Numbered from the stretch's first letter, positions 36,705 to 50,500 are shown. The stretch: DNA of 64,000 nucleotides from Isurus oxyrinchus (GCA_026770705.1 JANJGN010000021.1:99324001-99388000), one strand, 5' to 3'. Numbers and translations are program-made. The notes: generated from the sequence alone by a model not told the origin.

Positions 36705-37989
36705 TGTCTAACACGAGATTTGCTTCGTTGAGGTTGTCCCTGACAATTAGTTTCAGTCACACAACTGCAGGGTTAACAATTCTGGGGTCCAGACCACCAT
36801 GATACAAAAGCAGTTGACAATGGACATTCACTCTTATCTCTGTTCCAACTTAAGCTCAAATATTCTCCTTTGATAAATAAGGCACTCAGAGGCTAAAAGT
36901 CTAGAGATCCCAGATTCTTCAAGTGCTGGTTCATCTTTACACAATGAGATATTTAAACTGCAAAAGTCCCTTATTCAGGTCCAAGTTGAACTAAATATTG
37001 CCCACAGAGTAGAATACTGTCTGCAGTTTAAATGTCCATAGTCACATGTTAAGTTGCGGCCATCTTAACAAAGGTTGTAGGTACTTTCACAAAGTATTAT
37101 TTTATGGCACATAATATCCACTATCCTCATGCTGGTACTGAGCATGATTACAATAAGCAAAACATCCATTCAAGAAGCACATCAAAGATTGATAACCCTA
37201 TTACCACCTCTTAAAACTGTCAATCAAATAATACACTTATGCCCTTCACAGCTGTGTCCACAGATCCTTTACTAAGTTCAGACCATTTGTAGATTTTGAA
37301 ACTCAGCCAAGCATTCACAATTACCTCAAAGTTATAAGCACCCCATTGGAGCTGAATACCATGGACCCTTTGAAATAGAATGAAAGGATGGCCAGGCTTC
37401 TTCAAAGGTTCAGCAGATGGCCTGTCAATCAAATTAGTCCAAGAACAAACATGCAATTATTTAATCAAAGATTCTGCATACTGGGTTCTTAAGTCATTGT
37501 TCAAGTCATTCCAACAGGATTCCCTGACATGTTTTTGTCAGTAGTTTTGAATATATAAGCAATTTCACCAAGGGGAAAGTACTCATATTCATCTCAATAC
37601 TTTACACAATGCTGGCCAATGTATTGGGAACTTTACCCTTTCAAGGCAGAGCTCTCTGATCCTGACTCCTTGATAGGCTTTCCTCAAAGCTTATGAACAG
37701 CCTTACCTTGTGGGGTTCCCACATCTTCACATTGAACATTGCATGGGGGATGATGTACAAAAGTTTTCAGGATATGCATGTGGGGTCGTGACCCACCACA
37801 TTTCCTGCCTAGGGGAAAATGGCATGGGTCAGGATTGGAGGGGTAAGAATGAAATTGTGGGCCTGTGAACTTTAGTTAACTAATTCCCAATGCATTTCTA
37901 TGAAGGGGTGGAAGGGCAAAGTCCAATGCAACATTTCAGCTTTGTGAGCTATCATCAGTTCTCATGAACTGAGCCCTTTTGGAAAGATT

Positions 37990-40900
37990 AAAGAACAAAC
38001 AACTAAGAACGAACAACTAGGAACAGGGCCTTTGGCCCTCCAAGCCTGCGCCGATCATATTGCCCGTCAACTAAAACATTTTGCACTTCCGGGGTCCGTA
38101 TGCCTCTATTTCTATCCTATTCATGTATTCGTCAAGCTGCCTCTTAGACACCACTATCGTACCTGCTTTCACCACCTCCTCTGGCAACAAATTCCAGACA
38201 CTCACTACCCTCTGCGTAAAAAACTTGCCCCACACATCCCCTCTAAAGTTTTCTCCTCTCACCTTAAATCTATGTCCCCTAGTAATTGACTCTTCCACCC
38301 TGGGAAAAAGCTTCTGCCTATCTACTCTGTCCATGCCACTCATAATTTTGTAAACTTCTATCAAGTCACCCCTCAATCTCCGTCGCTCTAGTGAGAACAA
38401 ACTGAGTCTCTCCAACCTCTCCTCATAGCTAATAACCTCCAGACCAGGCAGCATCCTGGTAAACCTCCTCTGCACCCTCTCCAACGCCTCCATATCCTTC
38501 TGGTAATGTGGTGACCAGAATTGCATGCAATATTCCAAGTGTGGCCTAACCAAGATTCTATACATGCCATGTGCCTTCCTGACTACCTTATCCACCTGCG
38601 TTGCCACTTTCAGTGACCTGTGGACCTATACACCCAGATCCCTCTACCCATCAATGCACTTAAGGGTTCTGCCATTTACTGTATAATTCCTGCCTGTATT
38701 AGATCTTCCAAAATGCATTACCTCGCATTTGTCCGGATTATACTCTATCTGCCATTTCTCTGCCCAAGTCTCCAACCGATCTATATCACGTTGTATCCTT
38801 TGACAATCCTCTTCACTATCTGCAACTCCTCCAACCTTGGTGTCGTCTGCAAACTTACTAATTAGCCCAGTTATATTTTCCTCCAAATCATTTATGTATA
38901 CCACAAACAGCAAAGGTCCCAGCACTGATCCCTGTGGAACTGCACAAGTCACCCTTCTACTGCTAACATCTGTCTTCTATGGCCAAGCGAATTCTGTATC
39001 CATCCTGCCAGCTCACCTCTGATCCCGTGCAACTTTACCTTCTGTATCAGTCTGCCATGAGGGACCTTGTCAAAAGCCTTACTGAAATCCATGTATATAA
39101 CATCCACTGCCCGACCATCGTCGATCATCTTTGCCACTTACTTGAAAAACTCGATCAAGTTAGTGAGACACGACCTCCCCTTCACAAAACCACGCTGCCT
39201 CTCACTAATACACCCATTTGCTTCCAAATGGTAGTAAATCCTGTCACGAGGAATCTTCTCCAATAATTTCCCTACCACTGACGTAAGGCTCACTGGCCTG
39301 TAATTTCCTGGATTATCCCTGCCACCCTTCTTAAACAACGAAACAACATTGGTCATTCTCCAGTCCTCTGGGACCTCACCCATAGACAGTGAGGATACAA
39401 AGATTTCTGTCAAGGCCCCAGCAATCTCCTCCCTTGCCTCCCTCAGTACTCTGGGGTAGATGTCATCTGGCCCTGGGGACATATCCACCTTAATATTCAA
39501 AATGCCTAACACCTCTTTTTTGATCCCAACATGATCCAGGCTATCTACACACTCTTCCCTAGACAAATCGACCGCTAAGTCCTTCTCTTTGGTGAATACT
39601 GATGAGAAGTATTCATTTAGTTTCTCTCTCATTTCTTCTGGCTCCACACACATTCCCACGTCTGTCCCTGAGTGGGCCCATCCTTTCCCTGGCTACCCTC
39701 TTGCCCTTTACATATGTATAAAAGGCCTTGGGATTTTCCTTAATCCTGGTTGCCAGTGACTTTTCATGACCCCTTTTAGGCCTCCTGACTCCTTGCTCAA
39801 GTTTCTTCCTACTTTCTTTGTTTTCTCCATGGGCTTCATCTGTTTCCAGCCTGCTAGCCCTCACGAATGCTTCCCTTTTCTTTTTGACTAATCTCACAAT
39901 ATCCTTCGTTATCCAAGATTCCTGAAACTTGCCATGCTTATCCTTCATCCCAGCAGGAACATGCTGGTCCTGAATTCTTATCAACTGACGTTTCAAAGCA
40001 CCCAACATGTCAGTTGTTGATTTGCCCTCAAACATCCGCCTCCAGTCTAGATTCCTCAGTTCCTGCCTTATATTGTTATAATTAGCCTTCCCCCAATTAA
40101 GTACCTTAACCCGAGGACTCCTGTTATCCTTATCCACCAGTACCTTGAAACTTACTGAATTATGGTCACTTTTCCCAAAATGCTCTCCTACTGAAACTTT
40201 GACCACCTGGCCGGGTTCATTCCCTAATACCAGGTCCAGTATTGCCCCTTCCCTAGTTGGACTATCTACATATTGTCTCAGGAAGCCCTCCTGGATGCAC
40301 CTTACAAATTCTGCACCATCCAAACCCCTAGCACTAAGTGATTCCCAGTCAATATAGGGAAAGCTAAAATCATCCACCACAACAACACTATTGCTTTTAC
40401 ATCTTTCCAAAATCTACCTACATAACTGTTCCTCAATCTCCCGCCGGCAATTTGGAGGCCTATAGTAAACCCCCAACATTGTGACTGCACCCTTCCTATT
40501 CCGGAGCTCTACCCATATTGCCTCGCTGCATGAGGCCAATGAGGTGTCCTCCTGTCGTACAGCTGTGATATTCCCCTTAACCAGCAGTGCAACTCCCCCA
40601 CCTCTTCTAAATCCCTCTCTATCCTGCCTGAAACATCTCAATCCTGGAACGTTTATCTGCCAATCCTGTCCATCCTTCAACCAAGTCTCTGTAATAGCAA
40701 TAACATCATAGTCCCATGTACTAATCCAAGCTCTAAGCTCATCTGCCTTGCCTGTTATACTTCTCGCATTGAAACAAATGCATTTCAGACCCCCAGTCCC
40801 ACTGTGTTCAGTAATTTCTTCCTGCCTGCCCTTCTTCTTAGTCCTACTGGCCATATTCACTGGCTCCCAGTCATTTATTTCACCTCCTGACCTATTGCTC

Positions 40901-42400
40901 TGCTTCCCACCCCCTTGCCATACTAGCTTAAACCCTCCTGAGTGACACTAGCAAATCTCATAGCCAGGATATTGGTGCTCCTCCAGTTTAGATGCAACCC
41001 GTCCTTCTTGTACATGTCCCACATGCCCCAGAAGAGATCCCAATGATCCAGATATCGGAAACCCTCCCTCCTACACCATCTGTTCAGCCACGTGTTCAGC
41101 TCCACTATCTTTCTATTTCTAGCCTCCCTGGCACGTGACACAGGGAATAATCCTGAGATTACAACACTAGATGTCCTGTTTTTTAACTTTCTGCTTAACT
41201 CCCTGAACTCCCGCTGCAGGACCTCGTCACTCTTCCTGCCTATGTCATTAGTACCAATGTGTACCACGACCTCTGGCTGTTCTCCCTCCCCCTTCAGATG
41301 TCCCGTACCCAGTCAGAGACCTCCTGGACCCAGGCACCAGGGAGGCAACATACCATCCTGGTGTCTCTTTCATGACCACAGAAGCACCTATCTGAGCCCC
41401 TAACTATAGAGTCCCCTATGACAATTGCTCCTCTGTGCTTTGACACCACCCTCCCACCACCCCCCCCACCCCCGCTGAACAACAGAGACAGCCGTGGTGC
41501 CACTACTCTGGCTACTGCTGTTGATTTCCCCTGATAGGCTACCCCACGCCAACAGTATCCAAAATGGTATACCTGTTAGAGAGGGGGACAGCCACAGGGG
41601 ATTTCTGCACTGACTGCCTGCCCCTTCTAGCAGTCACCCATCTTTCTGTCTGTATCTTGGGTGTGACCACATCTCCAAAACTCCTGTCAATGACGCTTTC
41701 CGCCACCTGAATGCTCCTAAGTGCATCCAACTGCTGCTCCAACCGATCCACGCGGTCTGTGAGGAGCTGCAATTGGGTACACTTCCTGCAGACGGAGTTG
41801 TCCGGGACACCAATTTCCCACATCCCACAGGTGAAGCACTTCACCCCAGCAACTGCCATTTCTAGAACTATTTAATAAATTAATTTAAATCCAAAAACTG
41901 CTTATTGACTCCTTATTAACTATACTTTCCCTAGGGCTAGATTTCTACTATAAATGCTAAATTCTAAGAACAGTAATCCCCTGATTCTGGTCTAGATACC
42001 CTCTACTTATTAATTAAGTGATTAATTTATTTGGTTTAATTAGTTTAACAATGTTTTAGTTTCAAATTCAGTGTAGATTCCCTACCAGCCAATCAGGTTA
42101 CAGATTTACCAGGACGTTACTTTTAATTTTTTTAAAATATAAAAATCCCCGAGGTAAGGTTTCTATACTCACCTCTCTGGAACTAGGCCGCGAATCCCCG
42201 AAGTAAGGTTTGTATACTCACCTCTCTGGAACTAGGCCGCGAATCCCCGAGGTAAGGTTTGTATACTCACCTCTCTGGAACTAGGCCGTGATTCCCTGAG
42301 GTAAGGTTTGTATACTCACCTCTCTGGAACTAGGCCGCGAATCCCCGAGGCAAGGTTATTATACTCACCTCTCTGGAACTCCGCCCTCTGACTCTGCTCC
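37990..42400 (-). mobile_element. Near full-length CR1 LINE (second subfamily): ORF1 zinc-finger/esterase plus ORF2 EN/RT, frameshifted
   Basis: ORF1: KCFTCGMWE…CRKCTQL, IVIGDSIVRG, VHIGTNDIG, DGLHLN. ORF2: ICFNARSI, ITETWL, YYRPPN, PGNYRPVSLTS, YMDFSKAFDKV, PQGSVLGP, KFADDTK. 5' tandem repeats present. Confidence 0.95.
42144..42381. repeat. 49-bp tandem monomers in the CR1 5' UTR (~5 copies)
   Basis: aatccccgaggtaaggtttgtatactcacctctctggaactaggccgcg repeated. Confidence 0.9.
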
Positions 42401-43069
42401 CTGGAATGTTTCTATCTTTCAGTAGATTTTTCTGTGTTTGCATGTGGACTATGTAATTATTGCTTAATTATTACAGATTTGTTGTTTATGACTGATTAGT
42501 TGTTTATGGCTGGTTTGATTCCTGTATAAAGGAGTGTTCTATATCTATGTTAACCATTGATTTAACGGCTTCAACCCAGTTACTGAGCTGTAAAGAAAGG
42601 GTGTGTCTTTACAATACAGACTTTCACATCTTCAGAATGTCCCAAAGCACATTAATAAAATCACTTGAGGTGTTGACAGTGTAGTAATGAATGGAAACAG
42701 TAGCAAATTGTGTACAGCAAGTTCCCTCAAACAACAAATGAACCAGTTGATTTTGGCACATGTGATTTTGAGCCAAGGGGGGAATAACACACTTAATAAT
42801 CATCAAAGAGTGCAATGAGATCATCTACATCCAGATGAGATGGTAGCTTGAACCCAGGATTAAACATGCATCTGAAAATTTGCTCCTTCCCCAATGCAGC
42901 ATTCCCTCAGTACCACCACAGCAACAATGCAGCACAAACCCAACCTTTTCTTCTTTTTCAGCAGTCCCTCAGTATCAAGGATGACTTGCTTCCACTCCAA
43001 TTGGATGGGGTCTGACATGGCTGAGAAGGCTGTCTTGGATGGTCCCTCTGATCTCTGGATTATAAGGAG

Positions 43070-43412
43070 GTGGTGGTGTAGTGGTATTGTTACTAGACAG
43101 CTAATGCTCTGGGAAGCCTGGCTCGAATCCCATCATAGCAGGTGGTGGAATTTGAATTTAATAAATATTTGGAATTAAAAGTTGAACGATAACTATGAAA
43201 CCATTGTTGATTGTTTTATAAACCCATCTGCTTCACTAATGTCCTTTAGGGCTGGAAATCTGCTGTCCTTACCTGGTCTGCCCTACATGTGACTCCAGAT
43301 GCATAGCAGTATGGTTTGACTCTTAATAATGCCCAAGGTTATTTAGAGATGGGCAATAAATGCTGGCCTTGCCAATGGTGCCCAAATCTCATGAACGAAT
43401 AAAAAAAAATCT
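43070..43412 (+). mobile_element. SINE copy
   Basis: ggtggtgtagtggtattg (A-box-like), gctcgaatccc (B-box-like), and a 3' end gatgggcaataaatgctggcc…atgaacgaataaaaaa shared with the LINE family at 49690-50300. Confidence 0.7.
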
Positions 43413-44406
43413 GTGAATCCAATGAAGGGATGAAGGGGAAATAAAGACAAAATTCCAGTAAGCCTTTCAAGAAAAGAAGAGATGATTTCCCAATGGCATT
43501 TCTTTGAAAAAATCAACTTCTGCAATGGACTGAATTTCTATGACAAAACGAAGACAAATTTCCTTTAGATGAATAACTCAAAGACAAGTTTGCTGCACAG
43601 GATTGCAAGGCTTTAGAGGTGCGCAAGATTCTGTGCAACTTCTGTGCTGACCTCCAGCTCTGAAGGGAAGAAAAGTTTCAGCTGGGTCTGAAATATGGGT
43701 GTCAATTGACTTTTACCACTGGGAGCTACCAGCTCTTTGGCAGTGTGGCCCTCCATGGACTGTAACATAGAACCAGGCAAAGCATTCTCTCTGGAAGACT
43801 CTTCATGGACAACTAGTGACAGACTGGGCATACATTGGTTTGAATGGGTGAAAGGCCTGACTGCTGCTCAACCACTAGAAATTCTCATCAAAAAAAGGAT
43901 TAGAGGCTTCATATGTCTATCAACTGGAAAGATAGACAAACCTCGAGGACCTTATCCTCCATCAGTTCACTCAGTGCTACAACTGCCACTTCCTCCTTCA
44001 AGAAAGAGTCAGCTCAGTTCCAGCAGGTTTTCATGTGGATGGTCGCTGTCTGCCAAAGTGCCTTCTGTATCTGCAACCTCTGGCTTAACTTCATAAAGAA
44101 CTCAGAGATTCATAACCTCAATCTCCACCCGGGGTCCAGTGCATGGTGTCTCTGTGACAGAAAAGAACTTACTGCTGATTGGATAAACCTCCTCAGTTGC
44201 TGCAGGCTGAAGTTCCACTGGTTCAAAATGAAAGGTTGGAGATTGTTCGATGAAAGACATTGAACTGTAGAAATGCTGGTCGTCACCTGGCTTTTCCAGA
44301 GTTCCTAGAAGTACACCAATATCTCTACTCAATGAAAATGTGAGTCGATTGTGGACATCATAGAGATAATCTATGATCTGTTGCCCCTTGTAACAAAGAG
44401 GAGCAA

Positions 44407-44730
44407 TTATGCTGCCTTTGACTGGTACTTGTGTGCCTTCTGGACCTTGTCTGATGGATGAAGGAGTAGTGACTGAAGCCAGTATAGATCATCTGCTAGT
44501 ATGTCAACAGCAGCGCCAGTTTCAATTTTAAAGGCGGTATCGCAGCCTTTAAGTTGCACTGTAACTGGCCAATAGTATTGATTAAGACCATTAACCTCCT
44601 CTAGAAACTCTAATTTCATCTTTGTTGTGAGTCCTAATTTCTTGAATGGAATGTGTTTTATAAATATCTTCTTGTCTTCTGACTTGATTTTTAAACTGAA
44701 GTCTCCACGTCTTTCCACACCTTTTATCAA
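44407..44730 (-). mobile_element. Gypsy aspartic protease fragment
   Basis: WPVTVQLKG…AFKIETGAAVDIL, a degenerate FKxDTGA motif. Confidence 0.65.
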
Positions 44731-46460
44731 ATGGAAGTCTCCCTGCTCTTTTTAAACTGAAGTCTCCCTGCTCTCGCCCCTCCTTTTTTTAAGCTGAAGT
44801 CTCCCTGCTCTCGCCCCTCCTTTTTTTAAGTCTCCCTGCTCTCGCCCCTCTTTTTTTTAAGCTGAAGTCTCCCTGCTCTCGCCCCTCCTTTTTAAGCTGA
44901 AGTCTCCCTGCTCTCGCCCCTCCTTTTTTTAAGTCTCCCTGCTCTCGCCCCTCCTTTTTTTAAGCTGAAGTCTCCCTGCTCTCGCCCCTCCTTTTTAAGC
45001 TGAAGTCTCCCTGCTCTCGCCCCTCCTTTTTTTTAAACTGAAGTCTCCCTGCTCTCGCCCCTCCTTTTTTTTAAACTGAAGTCTCCCTGCTCTCGCCCCT
45101 CCTTTTTAAGCTGAAGTCTCCCTGCTCTCGCCCCTCCATTTTTTAAGCTGAAGTCTCCCTGCTCTCGCCCCTCCTTTTTTTAAATTGAAGTCTCCCTGCT
45201 CTCGCCCCTCCTTTTTAAGCTGAAGTCTCCCTGCTCTCGCCCCTCCTTTTTTTAAATTGAAGTCTCCCTGCTCTCGCCCCTCCTTTTTAAGCTGAAATCT
45301 CCCTGCTCTCGCCCCTCCTTTTTTTAAATTGAAGTCTCCCTGCTCTCGCCCCTCCTTTTTAAGCTGAAGTCTCCCTACTCTCGCCCCTCCTTTTTTTTAA
45401 ACTGAAGTCTCCCTGCTCTCGCCCCTCCTTTTTTTTAAACTGAAGTCTCCCTGCTCTCGCCCCTCCTTTTTTTTAAACTGAAGTCTCCCTGCTCTCGCCC
45501 CTCCTTTTTAAGCTGAAGTCTCCCTGCTCTCGCCCCTCCTTTTTTTAAATTGAAGTCTCCCTGCTCTCGCCCCTCCTTTTTAAACTGAAGTCTCCCTGCT
45601 CTCGCCCCTCCTTTTTTTAAATTGAAGTCTCCCTGCTCTCGCCCCTCCTTTTTAAACTGAAGTCTCCCTGCTCTCGCCCCTCCTTTTTAAGCTGAAGTCT
45701 CCCTGCTCTCGCCCCTCCTTTTTAAGCTGAAGTCTCCCTGCTCTCGCCCCTCCTTTTTAAACTGAAGTCTCCCTGCTCTCACCCCTCCTTTTTTTAAACT
45801 GAAGTCTCCCTGCTCTCGCCCCTCCTTTTTTTAAACTGAAGTCTCCCTGCTCTCGCCCCTCCTTTTTTTAAGCTGAAATCTCCCTGCTCTCGCCCCTCCT
45901 TTTTAAACTGAAGTCTCCCTGCTCTCGCCCCTCCTTTTTAAGCTGAAGTCTCCCTGCTCTCGCCCCTCCTTTTTAAACTGAAGTCTCCCTGCTCTCGCCC
46001 CTCCTTTTTTTAAACTGAAGTCTCCCTGCTCTCGCCCCTCCTTTTTTTAAACTGAAGTCTCCCTGCTCTCGCCCCTCCTTTTTTTAAACTGAAGTCTCCC
46101 TGCTCTCGCCCCTCCTTTTTTTAAACTGAAGTCTCCCTGCTCTCGCCCCTCCTTTTTTTAAACTGAAGTCTCCCTGCTCTCGCCCCTCCTTTTTAAACTG
46201 AAGTCTCCCTGCTCTCGCCCCTCCTTTTTTTTAAGCTGAAGTCTCCCTGCTCTCGCCCCTCCTTTTTAAGCTGAAGTCTCCCTGCTCTCGCCCCTCCTTT
46301 TTTTTAAACTGAAATCTCCCTGCTCTCGCCCCTCCTTTTTTTTAAGCTGAAGTCTCCCTGCTCTCGCCCCTCCTTTTTTTTAAGCTGAAGTCTCCCTGCT
46401 CTCGCCCCTCCTTTTTTTAAACTGAAGTTGCCCTGCTCTCGCCCCTCCTTTTTAAACTGC
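44730..46460. repeat. Homogeneous minisatellite, unit aa(a/g)ctgaagtctccctgctctcgcccctcc + T5-9 (35-39 bp), roughly 45-50 copies
   Basis: Directly visible ~1.7-kb array; variation is mostly in T-run length. Confidence 0.97.
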
Positions 46461-47501
46461 CTATTTTTCTCATTTTACTGTAATATCTCACAATTGTGCT
46501 GAATTCATTTGTAAGCGTCAGCCCATTCTTAATATTTATTATTGCCTTTTTCTAATTGGTTGCAGTCTTCCTCACATTGATTATTCCTCAATTTGACTTC
46601 ATCCACAAACTTAGCCATTGTGTTTCTGATTTCCAAAGTCTGAATTCTTAATGTAAATTGTGAACAACAGTGGTTCCAGCAATGATCCTTGCAGAATACC
46701 ACTTCCCATGTTGCCACTCCGAGTAACTGCCCTTTACCCCCATTCCCCTGCTGCCAGCTGGCAATCCAGTCCACTGCTTGACCCCTGACTCGGCATGCTC
46801 TGGCCTTATTCCTTTGTTTATTATGGGGTCAGGCATCATATTGTCAGTAAAAACAGGACTTACAGAATTTCTGAAACAATTTCAAAATGTGTAAGAACTG
46901 CAACTGATGAAGACAGTGAAAATCTGTGAACCTCTACTGTTGAGTCATAGACACGAACAGCAGATCCTATAAAGGTTTGGAATGTTGCCTGACTGGAAAT
47001 ATAGCCAGTTCCATCCGTGTCAGCAATAATCTTTTTCTGCATTTGATAATAGTTTTATTGTACGTCCGGTCATGCCCAGCATAAATCACTGACACACTTG
47101 GAATTTGTCTTCATCTCTCACCTGACCAATTTTCCTATTCTAGATCAGGTGCTGTCAATACATGAGGTGACATCTTTGTGAAACCCACTGGTCCAACCGC
47201 CTTCTACAATATCAGCTGGATAATGGAGACTTCATATGCTGGTCAGTAAAATAGCTTCAAGGATAAGGGAACTTCGGAGTGTGAGTGTGTCTACCTGTTT
47301 ATGTGTATAAGTGCAAGGCTGTACTTGTGTAGTTGTTTGAGACAGGGACAACATGGGTGACTGTGACAATAGCTGCGTGTGAGTGTGAGACACCATCCGT
47401 ATTTACGTGAATGTATTACTTCAGTGTGGGAAAATAGGTCTGTCTGAGCGTGAGATCATGATAGTGTTATCAGGTGCATAGGAGTACAAGACCAAGTTTG
47501 T

Positions 47502-50500
47502 GGGCGGAATTCTCCCATTGTGAAACTAAGTGCAGGGTGGACAATTTTGGCAGCACCTAGCCTGCTGTCCATAACTTGGGCCCGACTCGACACTTGGAGG
47601 GTCACTAATTATTTAGAGACGCTTATTGATCCAAGTCACCAGGCGGATTGGGAGTTGATTCGTCCGCCTGCTGTCAGCTGGCAGGTTTGAACGTCTGGGC
47701 TCCATATTTAAAGGCCAGTCTAACTCACAATCTCACACTCACCAGCCCACCAGAGGTGTCTGGCAGCCAGAAGAGGAAGGCCGAGAGCCTGAAGAGAAAG
47801 GCAGCACCCGCTTCACCCATCAGTCCCTCCAAGAATTGATCAGAATGGGGTAGGTACAAAGGCACATGCTCTATCCCAGGGATGACTCCAGGGAGCGCAG
47901 CAGCCTCAGTTCTCCAGCCTGGGAGGCAGTCACGGAGCAGGTCAGCGTGACTGGCAACCCCGCCCGAAATGCCATCCTGCGCAGGAAGAGGAAGAATGAT
48001 CTCATCCGCTCTGCCAGGGTAAGTCATCCTTCAACACCCTCCAATATCAAACTCTCATCATGGCATTATATACTCAAACAGCTACTCTCCAAGGGTCTGA
48101 CGCAACCATTAGTGGGGGACACATATCAGCACTCATTCTCTCACCAAGATGTTCACATCACCACCATCCCATCTATCAAGTTTCTCATTCTCCATCCTCT
48201 GGCCCTTCTGGGGAGAGCTCACCACACACAGGGACACTCATCTCACCCAACCTCTGCGGCATCCCTTCACATCACATGACTTTCTTCACTCAAGCCAAGC
48301 TGGTGCACAACAGGCACTAGAGATCACAGACTTGGGGAGGGACTGCCGACATCATTGCCCTCACTGAGTTTAAGGAGGCTGCAGCTGAGCTGGTTGGGGA
48401 GGACAGGGATCACTCCTGTGGGGAAGGGGAGCTCGACCTCTCCCAGCAACCCAGAATGAATCACAGCTCCATCACTTCACCAAATCCTGACATTCACAGT
48501 GAGTCACACACAGTCTTAACTAGCTCCTGCTCATTAACTGAAACTCTATTCTCCATTTTACTAGGCACCAGCGGATTGAGGCTCACAAGCCAGCCCAGCA
48601 CCAGTCTGAGCCCTCAGACGTCCGAGGAGGAAGCTCCAGAAGAACCCTCACTGCCCTCTCACACACCCTCCACCAGCTCAGAGACACACACTCAATGGGG
48701 CACTAATGTAGATTAGGCTTTGGCTCACTTGCTGGGGAACAACTCACTGACACATCCCTGTAGCAATCGGAGGCAGGGACAGCCCAGGTATCCGGCACTC
48801 GGAGGGCTGCTGGAGACCAGCCACCCACTCGGTCTGAGTCAGATGAACCTCTGGAAGCAGCCGCCAAATCTGTGATGGAGATGCAATAACAGGAGGTGGA
48901 ACATCAGGCAGAGATTCAGCAGTTACTTGGCAGACTAGAGCGAACGATGGAGTCCGTCTGCATTCTGTCTGATGTCATGAGTCTGACAGGTGAGCACCTC
49001 GAGGTCACCATGGAAAGGCTGGTGAACACCATGGAGACCTTGGTTCAGTAGGCCTTGCGGGATTTGCACTCAGCCCTGCACTCCATGGCCACACACCCTG
49101 GTGGGCATCATCAAGATGTAGGTGACATGGGGACGAGGCACCTTGACCTCCCTCCAGGTGCACCATCTCCTGCAGGAGTCAGGGTGGGGCCCTCAGAGGA
49201 TGAGCATCAGCCGGACACACTGGGGGCCTCCTCTCAGGACAATCCAAGCATATGCAACCGTTCACAGCCCCCTCTGCCTGTGATCCCATCCACTCCAGCT
49301 TCTCAGACTGCAGCCAGGACCAGGACCCTCCAGGCCTCGAGCCATCAGAGGACGTCTGTTAAGGTCATCACAGGCATCGGGACATAGCAGTCAGCAGGCT
49401 GCCTCCACCTCTGCTGCGGCTGGGGCTGCACCCAAGCGTAGCAGTAGGGTTAGGAAAGTTTTTAGAAAGATTGATGTAACTTTTGAGTCATGTGTGTGCT
49501 GGGCAGGTAAATAAATTGTACTTTTGTCAACAAATTTGATGGTTATGTGAATGTTCCTGTCAACTGAAGGCATGGTAATTTTATACTTTGGAATCCTCTT
49601 TTTTTTTGGATGAAGACTGGCATCTGTAATGCTGGGGTCCTCTGGAGGGGGCCAAGATGGATCATCCACTTGGCACTTCTGGCTGAAGATTGAAGATTGC
49701 AGGTCAGAGGCTAGGAATCATGCGATAAGTAACTCACCTCCTGACTCCCCAAAGTCTGTCCATCATCTGCAAGGCACAAGTCAGGAGTGTGATGGAATAC
49801 TCCCCGCTTGGCTGGATGAGCGCAGCTCCCACAGCACTCAAGAAGCCTGACACTCTCCAGGGCAAAGCAGTCCACTTGATTGGCGCCACATCCACAAACA
49901 TTCACTCCCTCCACCACCAACGCACAGTAGCAGCATTGTGTACCATCTACAAGATGTACTGCAGGAATTCAACAAGGTTCCTTAGACAGCATCTTCCAAA
50001 GCCTTGACTGCTACCATCTAGAAGGTCAAGAGCAGCAGATAGATGGGAACACCACGACCTCGAAGTTCCCCTCCAAGTCACTCACCATCCTGACTTGGAA
50101 ATATATCGTCATTTCTTCACTGTCGCTGGTCAAAATCCTGGAACTCCCTTCCTAACAGCACTGTGGGTGTACCTATACCACATGCACTGCAGTGGTTCAA
50201 GAAGACAGCTCATCACCACCTTCTCAAGTGCAACAACGGATGGACGATAAATGTTGGCCCAACCAGTGAAGCCCACATCCCATGAATGAATTTTTAAAAG
50301 ACTATTTTGAGGTTTAGCCTTCCTCCTACTGTGAGATTCACTTTCCTGTGATGTCAACCTCAGTTGAATTAGTCTCCACACCCTTAGTGTGATGTCAGGG
50401 AGATGTGTTTAAATCTTTATTTGAAGTGTGTGATTTCTAACCCTTCTTCCTCACGGAACACCACTGAGCGGGGGTAGCTCATCAGCATTGATAACCTAGC

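Larger units (their letters stand above)
33295..37216 (-). mobile_element. Internally deleted LTR element with SCAN-like gag (Gmr1-like Gypsy) and diverged LTRs at ~33295-33556 and ~36984-37216
   Basis: Minus-strand remnants AAILRAYELIPEVYRQQF and LREIIFFEEFKNCL…HVEEQRV (~33800-34100). Two diverged direct repeats (gttgaac.aaatat…ttaaat.tccata.tcacatgt.aag.tgc.gc.atcttaaca) flank them. Confidence 0.6.

Noticed and set aside
43420-44400. Possible coding relic between the SINE and the Gypsy protease
   Set aside because: Short ORFs without any motif I can recognise; cannot be assigned without a search.
44730-46460. CRISPR-like array of ~36-bp repeats
   Set aside because: Units are head-to-tail with no unique spacers, there are no cas genes, and the context is vertebrate. 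It is a minisatellite.
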